The position numbers were made by a program, and so were the translations under genes. This document shows positions 6,967 through 15,888 of a DNA stretch of 64,000 nt, piece after piece (positions within the stretch are counted from its first letter, which is position 1; each line of letters opens with the position of its first letter). Under the pieces are notes generated by a model. The model saw nothing but the letters and a program-made list of their open reading frames with translations, was not told where the DNA came from and did no database searches. This stretch comes from Minisyncoccota bacterium (GTDB lineage: Bacteria > Patescibacteriota > Minisyncoccia > UBA6257), in the NCBI GenBank assembly GCA_028694995.1, contig JAQVJU010000002.1, forward strand, positions 2,046 to 66,045. The letters are read 5' to 3'.

Positions 6967-7539
6967 ATGAAAAAGGTTTTTATAGTTATTCTAATTATAA
7001 TTATAGGGTTATTTTTAATAGATTTTATAGGTTATGTAATAAAATCAAGCTATAAAGAGAATAAGGAGCTGGGGGGAAGTTGGGAAATCGAAAGTTTAGA
7101 CCTGCCAATCATAATAAGAAAAAACTGTATCGTAGTGGGGGGTCCAAGTTGGGAACCAGAAGACCCTTTGCCCTCAAGAGTTGAAAGGGATGTATTTTTA
7201 GAAATGAGGGTAGCCAATTTTAGAATATACTACCCTAAAACAAAAAATATAGTCCATGAAATTGATCTCCAAATGTGGGAAAAGCAGGGAAACTTGAAGT
7301 TATATGTCGCTAGACCTGAAGAGTCGAACCCCTTCAAAATGAGTACTGTAAAGTTTATAGAGGGGAGAGTAGATATCTGGCTTAGAATGGAAGTCGGTAA
7401 GTATGAGGGGGAGATTCATATTCAGCTAATTAATAATGACGGGATATTAATAGGTGAAGGCAAGGCCTTTGTGGAAGTAAATATAGAAAAGGGGGTGCTA
7501 GAGATACTAGAAGAAGAATTTAATATAACAGGGTCTTAA
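6967..7539 (+). CDS. Hypothetical N-terminally membrane-anchored protein, paralog B of the tandem pair
   Basis: A ~150-bp upstream region, including a TTGACT-17-TATAAT promoter and RBS, is about 90% identical to that of 6158. The proteins are much more diverged than these flanks. Confidence 0.5.
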   Translation: MKKVFIVILIIIIGLFLIDFIGYVIKSSYKENKELGGSWEIESLDLPIIIRKNCIVVGGPSWEPEDPLPSRVERDVFLEMRVANFRIYYPKTKNIVHEIDLQMWEKQGNLKLYVARPEESNPFKMSTVKFIEGRVDIWLRMEVGKYEGEIHIQLINNDGILIGEGKAFVEVNIEKGVLEILEEEFNITGS

Positions 7540-7562
7540 GGCTCTGTTTTTATTATTTCTGA

Positions 7563-7652
7563 GTTATCCACAAAAGACTTGACAAGGTTTTTATATTTGC
7601 TATACTAATAATGCTGTCGTTTTTGGCTTGCCAGAAGCGGCAGCATTTTTTT
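7563..7652 (+). repeat. Copy 5 of the module (TTATCCACA 7564-7572, TTGACA 7579-7584, TATACT 7601-7606, hairpin 7613-7644, T7)
   Basis: Read directly from the sequence. Confidence 0.7.
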
Positions 7653-7744
7653 ATAATTCTTATTATTGACAAAAAGACAATAACAAGATATTATCTAAAT
7701 TAGATATTTAGTACTTTGAAAATTAAAAAAGGAGATATTAAAAA

Positions 7745-8113
7745 ATGAAAAGGAAATTGGTTTTAGGAGTTTTTGTATTTTTGATTTTAATTATTTTTTC
7801 TTGTTTTGCTAATGCTCAATATAATTTTCTTTCTGAACAATCAAATTGGGGAATTGAGCATTTAAAAGAAAAGTATCACATAAAAGATAAGCAAAATAAA
7901 GAAGAAATAATAGTAGAGGGTTTTATCTGGGGAGTTATCGTCCCAGAAAATGAGGGATATTCTTTTATAGAATATACAGAAATGATTGAGGATAAAGAAT
8001 ATATAATAACAGAAATAATTATAGAAAATCCTCAAGGGTCTATTAGGATAGTATGGGGACCAGGGGCACAGAATAATCCTTTAGACGTCCCTAAAATTAT
8101 AGTGAGGAGGTGA
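7745..8113 (+). CDS. Small secreted hypothetical protein (signal peptide ...FANA-Q)
   Basis: ORF with RBS GGAGATA. N-terminal hydrophobic segment. Confidence 0.4.
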   Translation: MKRKLVLGVFVFLILIIFSCFANAQYNFLSEQSNWGIEHLKEKYHIKDKQNKEEIIVEGFIWGVIVPENEGYSFIEYTEMIEDKEYIITEIIIENPQGSIRIVWGPGAQNNPLDVPKIIVRR

Positions 8114-8119
8114 AAAGAA

Positions 8120-8398
8120 ATGAGAGATGAAATGAAAGAATTTCTATTCGTATGGATAGGGATTCTGGCTATTGTAGGATTGGTTTCCAAATTTGTCCAT
8201 GGCCTATATATAAGAACAGTTCTTAGTTTTCTGGAAAAATATATGGATACATCATTGGCCATGACATTGTTTTGGATTGGGTGGTTATTCTTTCTTTTGC
8301 TGGTTTATAACATTTACGTGAATATTACCCTTTACGACAATTGGGATTGGGAAAAAAATAAAATAAAAGATTGGGAAGAAAAAAGAAAAAGGAGGTAA
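8120..8398 (+). CDS. Small integral membrane hypothetical protein (2 TM)
   Basis: RBS GGAGGTGA immediately upstream. Two hydrophobic helices. Confidence 0.35.
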   Translation: MRDEMKEFLFVWIGILAIVGLVSKFVHGLYIRTVLSFLEKYMDTSLAMTLFWIGWLFFLLLVYNIYVNITLYDNWDWEKNKIKDWEEKRKRR

Positions 8399-8754
8399 GG
8401 ATTTTGAAGAACAGGATAGATAAAGTTCCTAATATTGAGGTTGTAATAGAGGATAGGGAGAGAAATAAAAAAATTGTCATTGCTCAATATCCTAAATCAA
8501 TTATTCTACCTGAAAGTTACTGTGAGGATATGGCAGAGGTAATTTTTTCTTTTTTGAAAAAAAATACCGGCAAATTTACTGGTAAGATAAAGAAAGATTT
8601 TAAGAACTTTGTTTTTTACGAAAAAATGGTAAATAAACAACCATTTGAAGTAAAAAACAACAATAATAATTTTAAAAAAAGGAAGACAAAATATAGGAAT
8701 AGTAAAAAACTAACCTTCTTAAGAAAGAGATAGAATGGAATTATTAAAAAGTAT

Positions 8755-8786
8755 AGGGCTGATATTGTTATCAGCCCTGTTTTTTA
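8755..8786 (+). terminator. Intrinsic terminator (AGGGCTGATA-TTGT-TATCAGCCCT-T6) closing the accessory region before ychF
   Basis: Perfect 10-bp stem plus a T-tract. Confidence 0.6.
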
Positions 8787-8826
8787 TTATAATAATAAGA
8801 GAATCTAAAATTGTAATTAACATATT

Positions 8827-9891
8827 ATGAATTTATCAATTGGAATTGTGGGTTTGCCAAATGTGGGAAAATCTACTCTTTTTGAGATTATTACTAAAAA
8901 ACAAGTAGATAGGGAAAATTATCCTTTTTGTACGATAGAGCCTAATGTTGGTGTGGTGGCAGTGCCTGATATTCGGGTTGATAAATTAGCTCATTTAAAT
9001 CAATCAGAAAAAAAGATCTATACCACTGTAGAGTTTGTTGATATTGCTGGATTAGTTAAAGGAGCAAGTAAAGGAGAGGGTTTGGGTAATCAGTTTTTAG
9101 CTCAAATCAGAGAAACTGATGAGATTGTTTGCGTTTTAAGATGTTTTCAAAATGATAAAATTGTTAATACCTTGGATCAAATAGATCCATTATTGGAAAA
9201 AGAGATTTTAGAAACAGAATTGATTTTAAAAGATTTAGAAACAGTTAATAAAAGATTGACTTCTTTAGAAAAAGAAATCAAAACAGGAAAAAAAAGCATG
9301 ATGGAAGAAGAAAGAATATTAGCTAAGGCACAGGATTTATTGCAACAAGGCCAGATTCTTTTTGAACAAGAGTGGGAAGAAGAGGAAAAGAAAGTTCTTG
9401 AAACTTATCAATTATTAACATTAAAACCTAGATTGTATTTGTTAAATGGACAAGAGAGTGAAGTACCAGCTCATATCTTAGAAACTTTTAATAAGAATAA
9501 TTGGCCATATTTAATTATGGATGTGGCCATGGAATTAGAAACCATAGATTTATCTGAAAGCGATAGAATAGATCTTGGGTTATCGCCTCAATCAGAAATT
9601 AATACCTTGATTCAATCAACATACAAGTTATTGGATTTAATAACTTTTTTTACTATTGAATCTAATCAAACCAGAGCTTGGATTTTATTAAAAGGATTAA
9701 AAGCTCCTGATGCTGGGGGAGTAATTCATACAGATTTTCAAGAAAAATTCATTAAGGCTGAGATTATTAATTGGGAAAAACTATTAGAAGCTGGTTCTTG
9801 GAGTTTAGCTAGACAAAAAGGCTGGCTTCAATTAGAAGGTAAGGATTATGTGGTTCAAGATGGTGATGTGATTGTGTTTAAGCATGGATAA
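8827..9891 (+). CDS. ychF: Ribosome-binding ATPase YchF (Obg-family GTPase)
   Basis: G1 motif GIVGLPNVGKST. TGS-domain C-terminus ending DGDVIVFKHG. Confidence 0.9.
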   Translation: MNLSIGIVGLPNVGKSTLFEIITKKQVDRENYPFCTIEPNVGVVAVPDIRVDKLAHLNQSEKKIYTTVEFVDIAGLVKGASKGEGLGNQFLAQIRETDEIVCVLRCFQNDKIVNTLDQIDPLLEKEILETELILKDLETVNKRLTSLEKEIKTGKKSMMEEERILAKAQDLLQQGQILFEQEWEEEEKKVLETYQLLTLKPRLYLLNGQESEVPAHILETFNKNNWPYLIMDVAMELETIDLSESDRIDLGLSPQSEINTLIQSTYKLLDLITFFTIESNQTRAWILLKGLKAPDAGGVIHTDFQEKFIKAEIINWEKLLEAGSWSLARQKGWLQLEGKDYVVQDGDVIVFKHG

Positions 9892-10159
9892 GATAATTGC
9901 AAAAAGATATTTGTTCTATGGAAAAGTCCAAGGAGTGGGTTTTAGAGCCATAACAAAATGGTTAGCTCGGAAATACAATATCTTTGGTTGGGTTAAGAAT
10001 AATGATGATGGCAGTGTTGATTTATTTATTGAGGGTAAGGAAAAAGATATGAATAAATTTATTAATCACCTAAAAGGATTTTTAAAAGATAATATTGAAG
10101 AAATACAAGAAAAGAAAGAAAAAGAACAAGGATTTAAAGAATTTAAAATACTGTTATAA
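9872..10159 (+). CDS. acyP: Acylphosphatase
   Basis: Motif YGKVQGVGFR and a GWV.N..DGSV signature. Overlaps the ychF 3' end. Confidence 0.8.
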   Translation: MCLSMDKIIAKRYLFYGKVQGVGFRAITKWLARKYNIFGWVKNNDDGSVDLFIEGKEKDMNKFINHLKGFLKDNIEEIQEKKEKEQGFKEFKILL

Positions 10160-10160
10160 A

Positions 10161-10520
10161 ATGAAAAAAGGAACAAGCTTGTTTACTTGGACTAAGCATT
10201 CTGAAGCAAAATTAAAACAATACATGCTTTCTGAAAGCAGGGTAAAGAGAGTTATTAGAAATCCTTTAAGAGTAGAAAAGGGAATTGCGCCTAATACCTT
10301 GGCTTCAATGCAAAAAGCTGGGTCAAAGAAACACCCATATGAAATTTGGACAATGTATGTGATTGAAAATGCTAAATCTAGAGATGAAAAATTAAGACCT
10401 AAGACAATAAAAGTTATTAGTGCTTGGAAATATCCAGGTATTACTCAACCTGGAGATCCAATTCCAATTCCCCCTGACATATTTGAAGAAATAATAAAAA
10501 GCATGAAATTGCAAAATTAA
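10161..10520 (+). CDS. Hypothetical protein
   Basis: ORF read from the internal Met MKKGTSLF. No recognisable motif. Confidence 0.35.
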   Translation: MKKGTSLFTWTKHSEAKLKQYMLSESRVKRVIRNPLRVEKGIAPNTLASMQKAGSKKHPYEIWTMYVIENAKSRDEKLRPKTIKVISAWKYPGITQPGDPIPIPPDIFEEIIKSMKLQN

Positions 10521-11231
10521 ATGGAAAAAGAGAAATTTGAACAATTAGTAAGTCAGTCTTTAAAGAAAATCCCTTACAACTTTTTGAATAAAATGGAAAA
10601 TATTGCTATAGTAGTACAGGATGAGCCAACAGAATTTCAAAAAGAAAAATTAGGATATATAGATGGTAATTGTTTATTAGGTCTTTATGAAGGAGTGCCT
10701 CAAATCAAAAGAGGATATTATTATCAAGCTGTGCCTGATAAAATCACCTTTTTTAAAAACAATATTGAAAGAGTGGCTAATAAAAAGGAAGAAAGAATAA
10801 AAGAAATAATAGAAGAAACAGTTTGGCATGAGATTGGACATCATTTTGGCCTAGATGAAGATGAAATTAAAGAGCATATAAAAAGAAAAAAACCATTTTC
10901 AGATAAAAAAATGATTAATTTTAAAGAATTTGAACAATTAGATTTGCGAATTGCAAAAATATTAAAAGCAGAAAAATTAGAAGGTACTGATAAGTTGCTT
11001 GTTTTAGAGATAGATTTAGGAGAAGAGAAAAGACAAATCATTGCAGGTATTGGTCATCAATACAAACCAGAATTATTAATTAATAAAAAGATAGTGGTGG
11101 TGGCTAATCTAGAACCCAGGGAAATAAAAGGCAAATTAAGCCAAGGAATGCTTTTGGCTGTTGATACCTCTCAAGGACCAGTATTATTAATTCCTGAAGG
11201 TGAAGTTTTGCCAGGCAGTAAGGTAAAATAA
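10521..11231 (+). CDS. Fusion protein: zincin-like metallopeptidase domain (HEIGHHFGLDEDE; Zincin_1/DUF1025-like) + C-terminal tRNA-binding (CsaA/EMAP/Myf-like OB) domain
   Basis: N-terminal HExxH with a downstream acidic cluster. C-terminal segment LRIAKILKAEKLEGTDKLLVLEIDLGEEKRQIIAGIG...VVVANLEPREIKGKLSQGMLLA matches tRNA_bind. Confidence 0.6.
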   Translation: MEKEKFEQLVSQSLKKIPYNFLNKMENIAIVVQDEPTEFQKEKLGYIDGNCLLGLYEGVPQIKRGYYYQAVPDKITFFKNNIERVANKKEERIKEIIEETVWHEIGHHFGLDEDEIKEHIKRKKPFSDKKMINFKEFEQLDLRIAKILKAEKLEGTDKLLVLEIDLGEEKRQIIAGIGHQYKPELLINKKIVVVANLEPREIKGKLSQGMLLAVDTSQGPVLLIPEGEVLPGSKVK

Positions 11232-11244
11232 AGGATATTAATTT

Positions 11245-12099
11245 ATGAAGAAAAAGGTATATATTATTAACAAATCAGGAGAAAAAGAACTGTTTTCCAA
11301 ACAAAAAGTTTACAATAGCGCTCGGAGAGTTGGCGCCTCAAAAGAATTAGCCGAATCAATTGCCACAACGATTAGAAAAGAAATCTTTCCAGGTATGACC
11401 ACTTTTGAGATTTATGAAAGAGTGGAAGAGATATTAGATAAAGAATATCCTAAAGGTAGTATTCGTTTTCGTTTAAAAGAAGCCATTATGGCCTTAGGAC
11501 CAAGTGGTTTTCCTTTTGAAAAATATATTGGAGATGTTTTACAAAGAATGGGTTTTAAAGTAGAGCTTAATCAATATGTTGATGGAGCTTGTGTCACTCA
11601 TGAAGTAGATGTTGTGGCCGTAGAAAAAAAATATTGTTTGATAGGAGAATGTAAATATCATACCTTGCCTGGGAAAAAAACAGATTTAAGAATTGGTTTA
11701 CATCATTATGCTCGTTGTCTAGATATTGAATTAGGAGATTATTGTAAAAAAAAGTTTAAAAATCTTAAACCAAGGCCAATTATTATTACTAATAATAAAT
11801 TCACTAACCAATTGTTAAAGTATGCTGAATGTGTTGGTTTAGATTTATTAGGTTGGAAATATCCTCGAGGCACTGGGTTAGAATATATTGTAGAATCAGA
11901 ACAGTTTTATCCTATTACCATCTTACCTTCTTTTAAAGATGAGTTATTAGAAGCGTTTTCTAAAGAGAAGATAATGCTAGCTCAGGAATTATTAAATATG
12001 GAGGTGACAGAATGTGCAAAAAAATTACAAGTTTCTAAACAAAAAATCTCTACTCTTAAAAAAGAAGCAGAGATTTTGTTTGCAAAAAACAGCTTTTAG
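11245..12099 (+). CDS. ATP-cone domain fused to Mrr-like (PD-(D/E)XK) restriction-endonuclease domain
   Basis: N-terminal ATP-cone (VYIINKSGEKELFSKQKVYNS). Nuclease core HEVDVVAVEK...IGECKYH. Confidence 0.55.
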   Translation: MKKKVYIINKSGEKELFSKQKVYNSARRVGASKELAESIATTIRKEIFPGMTTFEIYERVEEILDKEYPKGSIRFRLKEAIMALGPSGFPFEKYIGDVLQRMGFKVELNQYVDGACVTHEVDVVAVEKKYCLIGECKYHTLPGKKTDLRIGLHHYARCLDIELGDYCKKKFKNLKPRPIIITNNKFTNQLLKYAECVGLDLLGWKYPRGTGLEYIVESEQFYPITILPSFKDELLEAFSKEKIMLAQELLNMEVTECAKKLQVSKQKISTLKKEAEILFAKNSF

Positions 12100-12204
12100 A
12101 TAAAAAAATGCTGTTGACTTGAAGAGCAAGCTCATCTAATCAACAGCACCTTTATTGTATCAAATGGAGAATGTTTGTCAAGTCAAATAACTATTATAAA
12201 AATT

Positions 12205-14625
12205 ATGAAGAAAAAATACATTTTATGGTTTAAAGAAATAGGCATTAAAGATGTCTTAGATGTTGGTGGTAAAAACGGATCTTTAGGAGAGATGTATAAT
12301 AGCCTTTCTAAAAAAGGAGTTAATATTCCTAATGGTTTTGCTCTAACCTCGGCTGCTTATTGGCATTTTATTAAAGAAAACAATTTTGAAAAACAATTAA
12401 AAGATATTTTTGCTGGTTTTAATCCAAAGAGTATAAAGAGCTTACAAGAAATTGGTAGAAAATCTAGAAGACTTATCTTAAGTGGAAAATTTCCTGAAGA
12501 TTTGAAAAAAGAAATCTTCAAAGCCTATAAAACATTAGAAAAAAAATATGGCAAAAATTGTGAAACAGCAGTGAGGTCTTCTGGAGTAGCAGAAGATTCT
12601 CCCAGGGATTCTTTTGCTGGTCAATTTGAAACATTCTTAAATGTTAAAGGCGAAGAAGATTTATTAATTGCTATTAGGAAATGCTTGGCTTCTTCTTTTA
12701 ATGATCGAGTGATTACTTATCGGGAAGAGAAAAAACTTTCTCATTTTAAATTTGCTCTTTCAATTGGCGTGCAAAAGATGGTTAGATCAGATTTATCTTC
12801 TTCGGGCATTATGTTTACCTTAGACACAGAATCAGGTTTTCCTAATATTATTTTGATTAATTCTATCTATGGTTTAGGAGAAATGATTGTTAAGGGATTG
12901 ATTACGCCAGATGAATTTTATGTTTTTAAACCAACCTTGGCTCAAGGTTATGAAGCGATTATTAGAAAAGATTTAGGCAGGAAAACAAAAAAATACATTT
13001 ATGATAAAAAGGGAGGCATTAAAGAAATGCCTGTTTCTCTAAAAGACCAAGAAAAGTTTTCTTTAAATGATAAAGAAATTTTAACCTTGGCTAAGTGGGG
13101 AGTAATTATTGAAGATTACTATTCCAAATTGAATAAAAGATGGATGCCTCAGGATATTGAATGGGCTAAGGATGGTAAAACAGGAGAATTATTCATTGTT
13201 CAATCAAGGCCAGAAACAGTTCATGCAGTCAGATCAAATATTTATCAAGAATATAAACTTAAAACAACAAAAAAACCCTTTTTAACTGGAATTGCTATTG
13301 GTAATAAGATAGGCACAGGCAAGGTAAGAGTGGTTACTAGTGTTTCCAAACTTTCTGAATTTAAAAAAGGAGAGGTTTTAGTCACTAAGATGACAGACCC
13401 AGATTGGACCTCTGTGTTTCCAATGGCTTCAGCCATTATTACTGATGAAGGCAGTAAGACTTGTCATGCCGCTATTATCTCTAGGGAATTAGGCGTGCCT
13501 TGTATTGTTGGTGCTCGGGAAGCCACTAAGAAATTAAAAAATGGGCAAGAGGTAACTGTTGATTGCACTCAGGGATTAGATGGCAGGATTTTTGATGGCA
13601 AGGTATCATTTGAAATTAAAGAATACAATTTTAAGAAATTCCCAAAGGTAAAAACCAAGATTATGATGAATGTTGGCGCTCCTGAAATTGCTTTTTCATC
13701 TTCATTTTTGCCCAATGAAGGTGTAGGATTGGCTAGAGAAGAATTTATCATAGCTGAAAAAATCAGAATTCATCCTTTGGCTTTGTATCATTATATGAAA
13801 CTTAAAAAAGAGAATACAAAGATTAAAGATAAATCTCAAAAAGCAAAGATGGATAGAATTATTCATCAAATAGAAAAATTAACTATTGAGCATAAAGATA
13901 AGAAAGAATATTTTATTAAAGAATTAGCAGAAGGCATTGCTCAAATCGGAGCGGCTTTTTATCCGAAAGAAGTGATAGTGAGGTTTTCTGATTTTAAAAC
14001 CAATGAATATCGTAATTTAATAGGAGGGGAATTGTATGAAGGAGAAGAAGCTAATCCAATGTTAGGCTTTAGAGGCGCTTGTCGCTATATTGACCCTCAG
14101 TTTAAACCAGCTTTCTTAATGGAATGCGAGGCGATTAAAAGAGCAAGAGAGGTATTTGGTTTAAAAAATATTTCAATCATGGTTCCATTTTGTCGAACCA
14201 TAAAAGAGGGCAAAGCTTCAAAAAAATTAATTCAAGAATCAGGTTTGTTAAGTAATAGCCAACCACCTAAGCTATATGTAATGTGTGAGATTCCTTCTAA
14301 TGTTATCTTAGTAGAAGAATTCCTTGATATTTTTGATGGCATGAGTATTGGTTCAAATGATTTAACTCAATTAGCCCTTGGTATTGATCGAGATAATGCA
14401 GTTATTCAAAAGATAGGTGATGAAAGAGATGAAACAGTAAAGAGAATGATTGCGACTGTAATTAAAGCCTGTAAGAGAAGAAAGAAATATGTAGGCATTT
14501 GCGGTCAGGCCCCAAGTGATTTTATGGATTTTGCTAAATTCTTAGTAGAGCAGGGAATAGAAAGTATGTCTTTGAATCCAGATACAGTGATTAAAACTAT
14601 TTTAGAAATTAGTAAAATAAAATAG
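12205..14625 (+). CDS. ppsA: Phosphoenolpyruvate synthase (pyruvate, water dikinase)
   Basis: N-terminal GGKNGSLGEM. Central phosphohistidine domain (TDEGSKTCHAAIISRELGVPCIVG). C-terminal PEP-utilising domain. Confidence 0.85.
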   Translation: MKKKYILWFKEIGIKDVLDVGGKNGSLGEMYNSLSKKGVNIPNGFALTSAAYWHFIKENNFEKQLKDIFAGFNPKSIKSLQEIGRKSRRLILSGKFPEDLKKEIFKAYKTLEKKYGKNCETAVRSSGVAEDSPRDSFAGQFETFLNVKGEEDLLIAIRKCLASSFNDRVITYREEKKLSHFKFALSIGVQKMVRSDLSSSGIMFTLDTESGFPNIILINSIYGLGEMIVKGLITPDEFYVFKPTLAQGYEAIIRKDLGRKTKKYIYDKKGGIKEMPVSLKDQEKFSLNDKEILTLAKWGVIIEDYYSKLNKRWMPQDIEWAKDGKTGELFIVQSRPETVHAVRSNIYQEYKLKTTKKPFLTGIAIGNKIGTGKVRVVTSVSKLSEFKKGEVLVTKMTDPDWTSVFPMASAIITDEGSKTCHAAIISRELGVPCIVGAREATKKLKNGQEVTVDCTQGLDGRIFDGKVSFEIKEYNFKKFPKVKTKIMMNVGAPEIAFSSSFLPNEGVGLAREEFIIAEKIRIHPLALYHYMKLKKENTKIKDKSQKAKMDRIIHQIEKLTIEHKDKKEYFIKELAEGIAQIGAAFYPKEVIVRFSDFKTNEYRNLIGGELYEGEEANPMLGFRGACRYIDPQFKPAFLMECEAIKRAREVFGLKNISIMVPFCRTIKEGKASKKLIQESGLLSNSQPPKLYVMCEIPSNVILVEEFLDIFDGMSIGSNDLTQLALGIDRDNAVIQKIGDERDETVKRMIATVIKACKRRKKYVGICGQAPSDFMDFAKFLVEQGIESMSLNPDTVIKTILEISKIK

Positions 14626-14670
14626 GTTGTATTGTTGGCTTTGTATTTTTGCAGATAATAAAAAATCATA

Positions 14671-15888
14671 ATGAAAATTGACAATATTTTTCTTAAAATA
14701 ATTTATGATTCAAGGGGTCAGGAGACTTTAAAGGCCATTATGAGAAGTGGGAACATTGAAGTTAGCTCTAGTGTGCCCCATGGAAAAAGTGTTGGCGAAA
14801 AAGAGGTTTTTGTAATGAATCCATATACCGCAGTGAGGAAATTTGAAAAAATTAAAGAGAGGATATTAAATGTTGAATTTGCTGATATTAATGACTTTGA
14901 TGGATTTTTATTAGAATTAGATGGCACAAAGAATAAATCTGCTTTTGGGGGAAATTTGATTTTAGTTTTATCACAAGCTTTTTGTTATTTAGCGGCTAAA
15001 AAAGAAAAATTAGAGCTTTGGCAATATTTAGAAAAATACATTTCAATCAAAGGTAAAAGAAAAGATTTACCTTTGTTTTTATTTAATTTAATTAATGGAG
15101 GCCAGCATGCTGTTTCTGGACCTAGGATTCAAGAATATATGATTGTGCCTCAGATAAAAGATTTGAAAGTTTGTTTGGAAACAGCACAAATATTCTTTGC
15201 GGGTTTAAAAGAATATTTTAAAAAAGAATTTGGTAAAAATGTATTTGGTGATGAAGGAGGTTTGATAATGCTAGGTGAAGACTATACAAAACCTTTGGAA
15301 ATTTTTGAAGAAATTAGAGATCAATTAAATTTAAAAGATAAAATAAGATTTTCTTTAGATGTGGCTGCTGATTCTTTTTATAATAGAGAAAAGGAGAAAT
15401 ATGAAATTAAAGAAGATAAAAGTGTTTCTCAAAAAGAATTATTAGAGATTTATACAAAACTGATTACTCGTTTTGATATTTTATCAATAGAAGACCCATT
15501 TGAAGAAAATGATTTTGAAGGTTTTAAGGCTTTAGCAACAAACAGGAAAATTAAAACCATTATTATTGGTGATGATTTAACAGCGACTAATTATGAAGTA
15601 TTGGAAAAGGCAATTAAATTAAAAGCCATTAATGGGGTAATTATTAAACCGACTCAGATTGGGACTATTTCTGAAACATTAAAAACTATTAATTTAGCTA
15701 TTAAGAATAAAATTAAAATTATTATCAGTCATCGGAGTGCAGAAACTGAAGATAATTTTATTGCTGATTTAGCTTGGGCTAGTAGAGCCTGGGCTTTAAA
15801 ATCTGGGGCTCCACAGCCAGAAGAAAGAATGGTAAAATACAATAGATTAATCCAAATTTCAAATTATGAAAAAAATCATCTTCTTTGA
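14671..15888 (+). CDS. eno: Enolase
   Basis: Motifs SRGQETL and SHRSAETEDNFIADLA (the enolase signature). Confidence 0.9.
   Translation: MKIDNIFLKIIYDSRGQETLKAIMRSGNIEVSSSVPHGKSVGEKEVFVMNPYTAVRKFEKIKERILNVEFADINDFDGFLLELDGTKNKSAFGGNLILVLSQAFCYLAAKKEKLELWQYLEKYISIKGKRKDLPLFLFNLINGGQHAVSGPRIQEYMIVPQIKDLKVCLETAQIFFAGLKEYFKKEFGKNVFGDEGGLIMLGEDYTKPLEIFEEIRDQLNLKDKIRFSLDVAADSFYNREKEKYEIKEDKSVSQKELLEIYTKLITRFDILSIEDPFEENDFEGFKALATNRKIKTIIIGDDLTATNYEVLEKAIKLKAINGVIIKPTQIGTISETLKTINLAIKNKIKIIISHRSAETEDNFIADLAWASRAWALKSGAPQPEERMVKYNRLIQISNYEKNHLL

Noticed and set aside
51-7652. CRISPR array interpretation of the five repeated modules
   Set aside because: The repeats are ~90 bp and separated by 0.8-3 kb of protein-coding DNA. 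Each contains promoter hexamers rather than short palindromic CRISPR repeats, and there are no cas genes.
1-8700. Replication origin (oriC) interpretation of DnaA boxes plus AT-rich tract
   Set aside because: No dnaA or dnaN gene is adjacent. The boxes are dispersed at kb spacing as parts of a repeated module. An oriC normally has several boxes within about 300 bp next to a DNA-unwinding element.
8404-8733. Lysine/asparagine-rich ORF (TTG start after GGAGGT) at the end of the accessory region
   Set aside because: The product is highly low-complexity (runs of K and N). It could be real, but the evidence is insufficient, so it is not listed as a feature.
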